DNA of 64,000 bases from an uncultured delta proteobacterium (lineage in GTDB: Bacteria > Desulfobacterota > RBG-13-43-22). Made by a program: the position numbers and the translations under genes. The stretch covers positions 32,001 through 96,000 of the forward strand of contig CAWJJC010000003.1 in the NCBI GenBank assembly GCA_963843145.1, in the 5' to 3' direction. Of this stretch, positions 35,232 to 43,794 are shown one piece after another (position 1 is the stretch's first letter; every line of letters begins with the position of its first letter). The notes beneath the pieces are model-generated. The model was not told the origin of the DNA. It made no database searches and was given only the letters and a program-made list of their open reading frames with translations.

Positions 35232-36572
35232 ATGAGTAGGGACCTATCAGCATCTGAAGAAACGAAAGGCCGAGAAAACGTACCCCTAGCCGAGCGGATG
35301 CGACCCCGCAGGCTGGAAGAATTTATCGGGCAAAACCATTTGTTAGGCCCGGGGAAATTTCTGCGGAGCATGCTGGAGAGCGGCCGGATTTTTTCCATCC
35401 TCTTGTGGGGGCCGCCAGGATCCGGGAAAACGACCTTGGCCCGGATGGTCGCCCACTACGCCCAAGCCCATTTCGTCCAGTTCTCCGCGGTGCTTTCCGG
35501 GGTCAAGGAGATTCGGGAAGTGGTCAAGGAGGCCGAAGAGCGGCTGCGGGTTGAAAATCGGAAAACCATTCTTTTCGTGGATGAAATCCACCGTTTCAAC
35601 AAAGCCCAGCAGGACGCCTTTCTGCCGCATGTCGAACGGGGGCTGATTACGCTGGTCGGGGCGACTACCGAGAATCCGTCTTTTGAGGTGATCGCCCCGC
35701 TGCTCTCCCGGACCAAGGTTTTAGTGCTGAAACGTCTGGCCGCCGAAGACCTGGGAAAGATTATCGACCAGGCCCTGACTGATCCGGAGCGGGGGTTGGG
35801 GCACTCTCCCTTAGCTCTCGATTCCGAGGCCCTGGAGTTGTTGAAGTGGAAGGCGGATGGCGATGCCCGGGTCGCCCTGAACACCCTGGAACAGGCCTGG
35901 GCTTTAACCAACGCGGATGCGGCGAAAGGTTCCCGGATTACCCTGACGGTCATGGAGGAGGCCATCCAGAAGAAAGCCCTGCAATACGACCAGGGCGGGG
36001 AAGAGCATTATAACCTCATCTCGGCCCTTCATAAAAGCCTGCGAGGCGGAGACCCCGATGCCGCCCTCTACTGGCTGGCCCGCATGCTGACCGCCGGGGA
36101 AGATCCCTTGTTCATCGTCCGCCGATTGATTCGTTTCGCCACGGAAGATGTGGGACTGGCCGATCCCCAGGCTTTGCCCCAGGCCCTGGCGGCTAAAGAG
36201 GCCTACCATTTTTTGGGATCGCCCGAGGGGGAACTGGCCCTGGTCCAGGCCACGATCTATCTGGCCACCGCTCCCAAGAGCAACACCCTCTACCGGGCCT
36301 ATGGCGCGGTGCGGGAGGATGTGGAAAAATTTCAATCTCTGCCGGTACCGTTTCACCTCCGCAATGCCCCGACCAAACTGATGAAAGGGCTGGGATACGG
36401 TCGGGGATACCGTTATGCTCATGATTATCCTCAGGCTCTGGTACCTCAAGAGTATCTGCCGGACCCGTTACGAGGCCGGACCTATTACCAGCCCACGGAC
36501 CGCGGGTATGAAAAAACAGTGCGGGAACGATTGGCGGTTTGGAGAAAGAGGTTGAATCCAGGGAAGGGGTAG
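35232..36572 (+). CDS. rarA: Replication-associated recombination protein A (RarA/MgsA)
   Basis: PLAERMRP, WGPPGSGKTTLA, VDEIHRFNKAQQD, ATTENPSF, HYNLISALHKSLRG, PVPFHLRNAPT. Confidence 0.96.
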   Translation: MSRDLSASEETKGRENVPLAERMRPRRLEEFIGQNHLLGPGKFLRSMLESGRIFSILLWGPPGSGKTTLARMVAHYAQAHFVQFSAVLSGVKEIREVVKEAEERLRVENRKTILFVDEIHRFNKAQQDAFLPHVERGLITLVGATTENPSFEVIAPLLSRTKVLVLKRLAAEDLGKIIDQALTDPERGLGHSPLALDSEALELLKWKADGDARVALNTLEQAWALTNADAAKGSRITLTVMEEAIQKKALQYDQGGEEHYNLISALHKSLRGGDPDAALYWLARMLTAGEDPLFIVRRLIRFATEDVGLADPQALPQALAAKEAYHFLGSPEGELALVQATIYLATAPKSNTLYRAYGAVREDVEKFQSLPVPFHLRNAPTKLMKGLGYGRGYRYAHDYPQALVPQEYLPDPLRGRTYYQPTDRGYEKTVRERLAVWRKRLNPGKG

Positions 36573-36634
36573 GGTATTTAAAGTGTTAATAATCAATTGT
36601 CAATTATTAATTAAGAGCGGATAAAAGGCCGGGA

Positions 36635-36763
36635 ATGAAAATTGGAAAACGGGTAGGTGCCGCGGTCTTTTTGCTGCTGCTTCTGGCCGGCTGCGGAGAC
36701 CAACCCGGGATTGAAGGCCCCGGCCGCTTGCGGATCAATAGAAAGGGAGTGTGTTTTCCATGA
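36635..36763 (+). CDS. 42-aa putative lipoprotein, below the ORF-track cutoff
   Basis: MKIGKRVGAAVFLLLLLAGCGDQPGIEGPGRLRINRKGVCFP*: basic n-region, hydrophobic h-region, LAGC lipobox. Its TGA overlaps the pgi ATG (ATGA). Confidence 0.5.
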   Translation: MKIGKRVGAAVFLLLLLAGCGDQPGIEGPGRLRINRKGVCFP

Positions 36764-38199
36764 AACGATGGCAGGATCCCAGTTGGGTGGAAGAAATGAA
36801 ATTGGAATTGGATTTTAACCTGATGATGGCCCCGCCGCTGGACCCAGGGTCGGGAATCGTTGACCAAGATATCCAGGACTTGGTCCCCCTATTCCGAGAA
36901 ATTCATCAGGGCCTGTCAAATCAGAGGACCGCGGGCCAGCTTCCTTTTCTGACGATACCCTTTCATCCTTCCCTGGTCCAGGAGATCAAGAAATATGCCC
37001 GCCAGGTTAAGGGCTGGGTTGAAAATTTTGTAGTACTGGGGATAGGCGGGTCGGCTCTAGGGGCCAGGGCCCTGCAAACCGCCTTAAACCACCCCTACCA
37101 CAACCTGCTTTCGCGAACCATGCGCAAAGGATTCCCCCGCCTCTTCGTCCTAGACAATGTGGATCCCGACGGCTTCAAGGCCCTAGTGGATATGATCGAT
37201 GTTCGAAAAACCCTTTTCAACGTGATCAGCAAATCCGGCGGGACGGCGGAAACCATGAGTCAGTTCCTGATCGTCCGCGAGATCCTTAAGAAACGGTTGG
37301 GAAATCGGAAAGAAACGGACCATCTGGCGATTACCACCGACCCGGTCAAGGGAATATTGCGGAAAATCGCCCAGGAGGAACAAATCGCCAGTTTTTCAAT
37401 CCCGCCTTTGCTGGGTGGAAGGTTTTCGGTCCTCTCCGCGGTTGGTTTGTTGCCGGCGGCCATGGTGGGCATCGACATCAGTGAACTTTTGGCTGGGGCC
37501 CGGGAAATGGAACAACGCTGTCGATTCGAAGAGGTCCTGCAAAATCCCGCCTACCTTTGCGCTGCCTTGGCCTACCTGGCTTTTCAAAAGAAGCAAAAAT
37601 CAATCCGGGTCTTTATGCCCTATGTGGATGCCTTGAAAGGCGTCGGGGAATGGTTTGTCCAGCTTTGGGCCGAGAGTCTGGGAAAACGGTTTAACCAGAA
37701 GGGCCAGGAGGTCTGGGTTGGGCAGACCCCCATCGTGGCTTTAGGCGCCACGGACCAGCATTCTCAATTGCAACTTTATATGGAAGGGCCTCCCGACAAA
37801 GTGTTGACCCTGGTGGGGGTTAGAAATTACACCGGGATGCAGCCCATTCCCAAGATGTATCCCGAGGCCGAAGCCCTGGCCTACTTGGGCGGCCACTCTT
37901 TAAACGAGTTGATCCAAGCCGAATTACAAGCAACCCGAATGAGCCTGGCAAAAAATGGCCGTCCCAGTCTATTGATTACCCTCCCGAGGATCAACCCCTT
38001 CACCGTCGGGCAGTTGTTGTTCCTTTTAGAACTCGAAACCTATCTTTGTGGACAACTTCTATCCATCGACCCCCTGGATCAACCCGGAGTGGAACAGGGA
38101 AAGGTGCTGGCCTATGCCTTGTTAGGCCGAAAGGGTTTTGAGAATCAAGTTCAGGGTTGGGACCCTTTTATGATAAGCGAAGCCCAATATAAGCGTTAG
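36760..38199 (+). CDS. pgi: Glucose-6-phosphate isomerase
   Basis: VLGIGGSALG, ISKSGGTAET, GGRFSVLS, QLWAESLGK, GATDQHSQLQLY, DQPGVEQGK. Confidence 0.96.
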   Translation: MKRWQDPSWVEEMKLELDFNLMMAPPLDPGSGIVDQDIQDLVPLFREIHQGLSNQRTAGQLPFLTIPFHPSLVQEIKKYARQVKGWVENFVVLGIGGSALGARALQTALNHPYHNLLSRTMRKGFPRLFVLDNVDPDGFKALVDMIDVRKTLFNVISKSGGTAETMSQFLIVREILKKRLGNRKETDHLAITTDPVKGILRKIAQEEQIASFSIPPLLGGRFSVLSAVGLLPAAMVGIDISELLAGAREMEQRCRFEEVLQNPAYLCAALAYLAFQKKQKSIRVFMPYVDALKGVGEWFVQLWAESLGKRFNQKGQEVWVGQTPIVALGATDQHSQLQLYMEGPPDKVLTLVGVRNYTGMQPIPKMYPEAEALAYLGGHSLNELIQAELQATRMSLAKNGRPSLLITLPRINPFTVGQLLFLLELETYLCGQLLSIDPLDQPGVEQGKVLAYALLGRKGFENQVQGWDPFMISEAQYKR

Positions 38200-38340
38200 C
38201 CAAAAATTCTTGCAATTTTTGGTTCAGAATAGTCAAGGTACGGTTCAAGAAAGGAATTCCGCATCAAATCCCTTGAGGCAAATCCGGACAGGGTAAAACC
38301 TTTCAAGCTGGTCAAATACTTCTTCCTGAGCAGCTTCCTG

Positions 38341-39690
38341 GTGATGCTGATCTTTGCCTTTTCCCTGGCCTATCTCATCACCCAGCGCTCGGAAAAGACG
38401 TTGCTAAAAAAAACCGAGGACTTCGCTTTACTCCTGGCGGAGAATTTGAACCATCAGGTTTTTTTCAATTTCGTGCTGCCCGTGACTGTCAAGTTCGGGC
38501 AGGTTCAATTGCGGAACACGGACCAATTTAATCTCCTCGATCAGATCATCCGTAATACCCTGTACAGTTTCAAGATCGAAACCGTGAATATCTACGACCC
38601 CCGAAATGTTCTGGCTTATAGCACCGACCGAAGTATGGTGGGGAAAAAAGAGGCGGGCGGCACCGACTATAAGAAAGCCATGAAAGGTAAATACAGTTCT
38701 CGTTTGATCAGCGAAGATGTGTTTATGGAGATCTGGCCCCGGAAGCTCCCACCGACTAAAAAGTTGATCACCACTATTCCTTTCCGGGTGGAAAGCCCGA
38801 CGGCCAAACGGACCGGGCAGATTTTGGGGGTCTTTGAGATCACCCAGGACATCTCCGGGGATTATCAGGATATCCTCTGGGATCAATACCTCCTGGTCCT
38901 GATTTCCGTCGTCCTGATTCTTTTGTTGTTTGTCGTCCTGCTTTTTATTGTCAAACGGGGGGAAACGATCATCGATAAAAGAGCGGAGGAGCGTAAGAAA
39001 TTAGTGGAAAAATTGCACCAATCCGAAAGAATGGCCAGCCTGGGAGCGATGATCGCTTCGGTTTCCCATGAAATTAAAAACCCCTTGGGAATCATCCGCA
39101 GCACCGCCGACCTGCTGGAAAAGAAGATCAGGCAATACGAACCGGAAAACCAATTGGCCTCCGTGATCGGTGAGGAGTCGGTACGTTTAAACCGGATCGT
39201 TACTGAATTCCTGGATTTTGCCCGTCCGCAGGTAGTGCAATATCTGCCGCTAGAAATAGAGGCACTTTTAGAAAAAAATCTGCAATTCCTGGATCCGGAG
39301 ATTCAAAAGCAGGGAGTAACGGTCACCAAGTTCTTTTCCCCCTCGGCCCAGCCCCTTTTCGGGGACCCGGACTTGCTCTACCGGACCTTCCTGAATATCC
39401 TCCTCAACGCGTTGCAAGCCATGCCGGAAGGCGGAATCTTGAGCCTGACTGTCCGCCACCAGCCCCAGGAAGTGGAAGTGGAGATCAGTGATACCGGATC
39501 GGGTTTTTCCCCAGAGGCCCTGGAAAAGGCCTTCGATCCCTTCTTTACTACTAAAGAAAAAGGAAGCGGACTGGGCCTGGCGATCGTTAAAAATACTATC
39601 GAGGCCCATCAGGGCAGGATTAGTCTGGAGAATGGAGTCCACGGAGGTGTAGCGGTCCGTATCGTTTTGCCCAGGGGGGCCACGGCCTGA
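38341..39690 (+). CDS. Membrane sensor histidine kinase (NtrB/ZraS-like); true start probably further upstream
   Basis: Periplasmic sensor between TM segments; H-box SHEIKNPL, N-box NILLNALQA, DTGSG, FDPFFTTK, GSGLGL. The frame is open upstream to 38233. Confidence 0.92.
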   Translation: MMLIFAFSLAYLITQRSEKTLLKKTEDFALLLAENLNHQVFFNFVLPVTVKFGQVQLRNTDQFNLLDQIIRNTLYSFKIETVNIYDPRNVLAYSTDRSMVGKKEAGGTDYKKAMKGKYSSRLISEDVFMEIWPRKLPPTKKLITTIPFRVESPTAKRTGQILGVFEITQDISGDYQDILWDQYLLVLISVVLILLLFVVLLFIVKRGETIIDKRAEERKKLVEKLHQSERMASLGAMIASVSHEIKNPLGIIRSTADLLEKKIRQYEPENQLASVIGEESVRLNRIVTEFLDFARPQVVQYLPLEIEALLEKNLQFLDPEIQKQGVTVTKFFSPSAQPLFGDPDLLYRTFLNILLNALQAMPEGGILSLTVRHQPQEVEVEISDTGSGFSPEALEKAFDPFFTTKEKGSGLGLAIVKNTIEAHQGRISLENGVHGGVAVRIVLPRGATA

Positions 39691-39729
39691 ACGCCCTTTA
39701 ACAAGAACCTATAAATCCGAAATCCGAAA

Positions 39730-41172
39730 ATGGAAACTCTATTAGTTGTCGATGACGAAAAAAACTATCTCCTGGTGTTGAAGGAATTGCTGGCCGACGA
39801 GGGCTATGAGGTGTTGACGGCCCAATCCGGCGCCGACGCCTTGGCCATTCTTAACGAAACGGAATTGGACCTGGTCGTCACCGATATGAAAATGCCAGGA
39901 ATGAGCGGTTTGGAGTTGTTGGAAAAATTGAAACAGAAAGACCCTCAATTGCCGGTGGTCATGATGACCGCCTTCGGTACCGTAGAAAAAGCGGTTGAGG
40001 CCATGAAAAAAGGGGCGTTTGATTATATTTCCAAACCGTTTGATAACGAAAGTCTGAAAAAAACCGTAGCCACGGCTTTGAATATGTGGCGGGTGATCAA
40101 GGAGAACCGTTTTCTTTCCCAGGAATTAAAGGCAAAATTTGGACCCTCCGATTTAATTGGAAACAGTCTGGCCATTCGACAGGTTCGTGAACTTATTCAA
40201 AAAGTCGCTGCAACCAAGGCGACGGTCCTGGTGACCGGTGAGTCCGGCACCGGCAAGGAATTGGTGGCCCGGGCCATTCACGCGCAGAGCCCGCGGAGAG
40301 ACAAGCCCCTGATTTCGGTCAACTGCTCGGCCTTGGCCGAAACCTTGCTAGAGAGTGAATTATTCGGTCATGAACGGGGGTCCTTCACCGGGGCCACGAG
40401 TCAGCGGAAAGGCCGATTCGAAATCGCCGATGGGGGAACCCTGTTCTTGGATGAAGTTGGGGAAATGGCCCCTAGCGTTCAGGTCACCCTGCTGCGGGTT
40501 TTGCAAAACCGGGAATTTGAACGGGTGGGCGGCAACAAAACCATCAAGGTGGATGTACGCTTGATAGCCGCCTCCAACCGGGATTTGAAGGAGGAAATAC
40601 CCAGAGGAACTTTTCGAGAGGACTTATATTATCGATTGAATGTAGTCCACATCGAGGTTCCTCCCTTAAGAGACCGGCGGGACGATTTGCCTCTACTGAT
40701 TCGCTACTTTCTGGAGCGTTTTTCCAAAGAACTGAATAAGGAGACCCCCACCCTGAGTTCCGAGGCGATGACCGTCATCAGGGATTACTCCTGGCCGGGG
40801 AATATCCGGGAATTAGAGAATATGCTGGAGCGAGCGGTTATCCTGGCCTCCAGTTCATTGATCCACGCGGAGGACCTTCCCATTCATCCCAAGGGCCGGA
40901 CGAGCCAGGACTGGTCGGCCGACGAGGTTATTCCCCCGGGTTTAAAGCTGAATGAGGTCCTGGAGATGGTGGAAAAGAAAATGATCCTCAATGCCTTAGC
41001 CAAAACAGGCCATGTCCAGTCCCATGCGGCGGAACTCTTGGGGATTGAGAAAAATTTATTTAAATATAAAATGCGAAAATACGGGTTGGTAATCCTGAGA
41101 TTAAGTAGACGAAGATCAATGGTTGCCTTTGGGCTTAAAAAGGGAGCAGTAAAAAAAATTTTACCAAAATAA
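39730..41172 (+). CDS. Sigma-54-dependent response regulator (REC-AAA+-HTH, NtrC/AtoC type)
   Basis: VVDDE, TDMKMP, GESGTGKE, ESELFGHERGSFTGA, FLDEVGE, FREDLYYRLNV, WPGNIREL, HTH AAELLGI..FKYKMRKYGL. Confidence 0.96.
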   Translation: METLLVVDDEKNYLLVLKELLADEGYEVLTAQSGADALAILNETELDLVVTDMKMPGMSGLELLEKLKQKDPQLPVVMMTAFGTVEKAVEAMKKGAFDYISKPFDNESLKKTVATALNMWRVIKENRFLSQELKAKFGPSDLIGNSLAIRQVRELIQKVAATKATVLVTGESGTGKELVARAIHAQSPRRDKPLISVNCSALAETLLESELFGHERGSFTGATSQRKGRFEIADGGTLFLDEVGEMAPSVQVTLLRVLQNREFERVGGNKTIKVDVRLIAASNRDLKEEIPRGTFREDLYYRLNVVHIEVPPLRDRRDDLPLLIRYFLERFSKELNKETPTLSSEAMTVIRDYSWPGNIRELENMLERAVILASSSLIHAEDLPIHPKGRTSQDWSADEVIPPGLKLNEVLEMVEKKMILNALAKTGHVQSHAAELLGIEKNLFKYKMRKYGLVILRLSRRRSMVAFGLKKGAVKKILPK

Positions 41173-41241
41173 TTTAATTAATTTAGATGGTTATATTTAT
41201 GACCGCGTAGGAATTTCTCTTGCAGGTAAAAAAAATTTTAC
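41149..41241. promoter_or_regulatory. Two identical palindromic enhancer-like sites GTAAAA-aaaa-TTTTAC
   Basis: gtaaaaaaaattttac at 41149-41164 and 41226-41241, upstream of a sigma-54 promoter, with an AT-rich spacer in between. Confidence 0.65.
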
Positions 41242-41351
41242 TTTTATGGGCATTGAGGCCAAGACGGTTTGGGGGGAGGCAAAAGGGTCTTATTTAATAT
41301 ATTTAATAATATCATATAATTAAATAGATTATGGAATGCCCTCCCCCTCGT

Positions 41352-41367
41352 TGGTATGAGGCTTGCA
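41352..41367 (+). promoter_or_regulatory. Sigma-54 (-24/-12) promoter
   Basis: TGGTATGAGGCTTGCA has the exact GG-N10-GC spacing with the TTGCA -12 box. Confidence 0.8.
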
Positions 41368-41376
41368 TTACCAAAA

Positions 41377-41447
41377 GCCAAGTAAACAATCTCTTTTCTC
41401 CTTTCCCCATAAAGCCAACTCCATAAGGGTTGGCTTTATAATTTTTA
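41377..41447 (+). ncRNA. Putative ~70-nt sigma-54-dependent small RNA with CU-rich anti-SD seed
   Basis: Predicted +1 at about 41377-41378. It contains an unpaired ucucuuuucuccuuucccc tract, then the hairpin auaaagccaac...guuggcuuuau (41409-41439) and a U tract, and has no ORF. Confidence 0.65.
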
Positions 41448-41543
41448 GCCGATTAAAAAGCCTTTTTGCCTGCCCGGCATCATTTTATTCTGGACAATAA
41501 ATAAAATTATATGTAATTATAGTATGTTATAAGGAGACTGGGA

Positions 41544-42779
41544 ATGCCCGGGCGATTCAAACAGCAAAAATCAAAAGAGGGAAGAAAGAAAGATCCTGCC
41601 TTCCAGGGAAAAGTGGATTATTGCCTTCAACGACTGGAGTCTTATCGGGGGGAAACCGATATCCTCCCGCGGGTTATTGAGGAATTGCTTCCCGGTCTGG
41701 AAGCCGATCCCACACTGGCTGAAGCTTTCCTTGTCCAGGCTACGGCTCGAAAAGATGAGCTTCTGGCGTCATTTCTAAGCCGGTTAAAAGACCGGACGGG
41801 GAGTTCAGCCCTGCGGCGGAGAATCAAAGGCGCGCTGTATCAGTTAAGCCAGCGGGGTCTTGAAATTCCGGAAGAGGCAAAAAACAAAGAGACCGGTCCA
41901 GCTATTCTGAGGCCATCCGAATCCCTGCCGCTGGAGTGCTACGTGTCGGACTTTGACCCCCTGGGTAGCCGAATGCTCACTTTGGTGATCCCCCGGGTCC
42001 CTCAGGGAAGAATTTTGGTCTTTGCCCTGGCAAACTGGGATCAGGGTCTGGAAGACTTGACGGCCTTGGAGGTTTCCAAAAAACAGGTAAAATCCCTTTT
42101 GGAGGAAAGCCAGGAGAGCTCCGGCTACCCGTTATATCCGTCCGACCCGAACCAGGTTGTCTTTCTGCTCCGGGAGGCCTATGACCGATCCCCGGCGTTG
42201 AAAACCGAGGATAAAAAGGTGTACGCGGTATTAATGACTTATCTGGAAACCATGGGTCCTTTCACCCAGCGGCCGATCATCAAGGACTTGATCCCCAGCG
42301 ATGAACAGGAAAATCAAAGCGGCGGGGATTGGGAATCCCTGAAATCGATACCGGAGCTGATGGCCTTTCAACTGCCTTCCGACCTTTTGTCTTCCTGTGC
42401 TCGGCAACTTGAGGAGATTAACAGCAGTCCCCTGGTCCTCGACGCCGGGCAGCAGAAAGAGCGTCTTCAGAGGGTCATCCAGCAGGCGGCCACGGATATT
42501 TTTACCCCGGCGCGGATTGAGAATTTTCATCGGCACCTGGAGGAGATAGCCTATCTTTACTGGCTGAAATCGGCACCCGAACTGTCCTGGGACCTGGTTG
42601 CAGCGGCAGCCAGGCTGGAAGGCGAACCTTTAGACCGGGAAAAGCGGGGAAGCCCCCTTCTGGCCTGGTTGATTGAAAAGGAATTCCAGGAAAATGAAGA
42701 AACAACGAGCGGGTCCGTCGAAGAGTCTGAAACTCGAACCGAAGGGGGGCTCATCCTCCCCCATTGGGTAAAAAAGTAG
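41544..42779 (+). CDS. Hypothetical protein (helical)
   Basis: 411-aa ORF with aaggag RBS and its own AT-rich upstream promoter-like region; no motif recognised. Confidence 0.8.
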   Translation: MPGRFKQQKSKEGRKKDPAFQGKVDYCLQRLESYRGETDILPRVIEELLPGLEADPTLAEAFLVQATARKDELLASFLSRLKDRTGSSALRRRIKGALYQLSQRGLEIPEEAKNKETGPAILRPSESLPLECYVSDFDPLGSRMLTLVIPRVPQGRILVFALANWDQGLEDLTALEVSKKQVKSLLEESQESSGYPLYPSDPNQVVFLLREAYDRSPALKTEDKKVYAVLMTYLETMGPFTQRPIIKDLIPSDEQENQSGGDWESLKSIPELMAFQLPSDLLSSCARQLEEINSSPLVLDAGQQKERLQRVIQQAATDIFTPARIENFHRHLEEIAYLYWLKSAPELSWDLVAAAARLEGEPLDREKRGSPLLAWLIEKEFQENEETTSGSVEESETRTEGGLILPHWVKK

Positions 42780-42788
42780 GAAGGTCTC

Positions 42789-43187
42789 ATGACCTCTTTA
42801 TCCGTAGCCACCAGCAGAAGGACCGAGTTCATCGACATCACCCCGGAGGTCCAAAAAGCCCTGGACCAGTCCGGCTTCAAGGAGGGCCTGCTGACCATCT
42901 TTGTCCCCCATACTACGGCCGGGGTTACCATCAACGAGGGGGCCGATCCCAGCGTCCAGGAGGACCTCCTCAACTCTTTGAATCAGGTGATCCCCTTTAA
43001 GGGGGCCTATCAACATAGGGAGGGAAACTCCCCGGCCCATATCAAGGCCAGTCTGCTGGGCTCTTCAGTGACGGTCCTGGTGGAAAAAGGGCGGATGGTT
43101 CTGGGAACCTGGCAGGCCATATTCTTCTGCGAGTTTGACGGTCCGCGGAACAGAAAGGTATATCTCCAGGCGGTGGCGGTTTCCTAA
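42789..43187 (+). CDS. yjbQ: YjbQ/UPF0047 family protein
   Basis: PHTTAGVTINE, HREGNSPAHIK, LGTWQAIFFCEFDGPR. Confidence 0.93.
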   Translation: MTSLSVATSRRTEFIDITPEVQKALDQSGFKEGLLTIFVPHTTAGVTINEGADPSVQEDLLNSLNQVIPFKGAYQHREGNSPAHIKASLLGSSVTVLVEKGRMVLGTWQAIFFCEFDGPRNRKVYLQAVAVS

Positions 43188-43237
43188 ACTCCGGAATTAG
43201 GTCGCTAAGATATAAATTCGAAACTCGAATGGGGTGC

Positions 43238-43693
43238 TCAAAAAGTTGCGGTCCTGATAAATTCCTTCAGGGTATCCAGTTGATCCAGGGAGAGCGATTT
43301 TTTTAGCAGCCGCTGTCCAACCAAAATTGGGATTTTTTGATGCAGGGCCAGGGCGATGGCGTCACTGGGGCGGGATTCGGCGCTGATTACTTCCTGGTTC
43401 AACCGATAAACCACCTTGGCGAAATAGGTCTGGTCCTTAAAGTCATAAATCTCGACCCGGACGAATTCGATACCCGACCTATCCAGGATAGATAAATAGA
43501 GTTCATGGGTTAAGGGTCGCGGGGTTTGGACCAGCCCTTTTTCTTTCGCAATGGCCAAAATTTCAGGTTCTCCCACGAACATGATCAAAGAGGATTCGGC
43601 CAGGGCGTGTTCTTTTAAGATGAGCAGGTTGCCGTTTTCCTTTTCACTCTTCAGGATGATTTCGTGGATCGGGATAAAGATGGGATCTTCCAT
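43238..43693 (-). CDS. Bifunctional nuclease (DUF151) family protein
   Basis: PRPLTHEL, TYFAKV, SRPSDAIALAL. Confidence 0.85.
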   Translation of the reverse strand: MEDPIFIPIHEIILKSEKENGNLLILKEHALAESSLIMFVGEPEILAIAKEKGLVQTPRPLTHELYLSILDRSGIEFVRVEIYDFKDQTYFAKVVYRLNQEVISAESRPSDAIALALHQKIPILVGQRLLKKSLSLDQLDTLKEFIRTATF

Positions 43694-43794
43694 AAGGGAT
43701 TCTTTTTTCGTCAGGGGTTTGAAGACGGACTTCTTACCAATTTTTCTTAGGTGATCCGCCGGAAAAGGTCAAGCTTTATTGAAGGAGTCAGACG

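Noticed and set aside
41089-41172. C-terminal extension of the sigma-54 regulator after KYGL as a novel domain
   Set aside because: It runs over AT-rich enhancer DNA, and removing one G in gggttggtaa gives a stop right after KYGL. It is probably an indel or neutral read-through.
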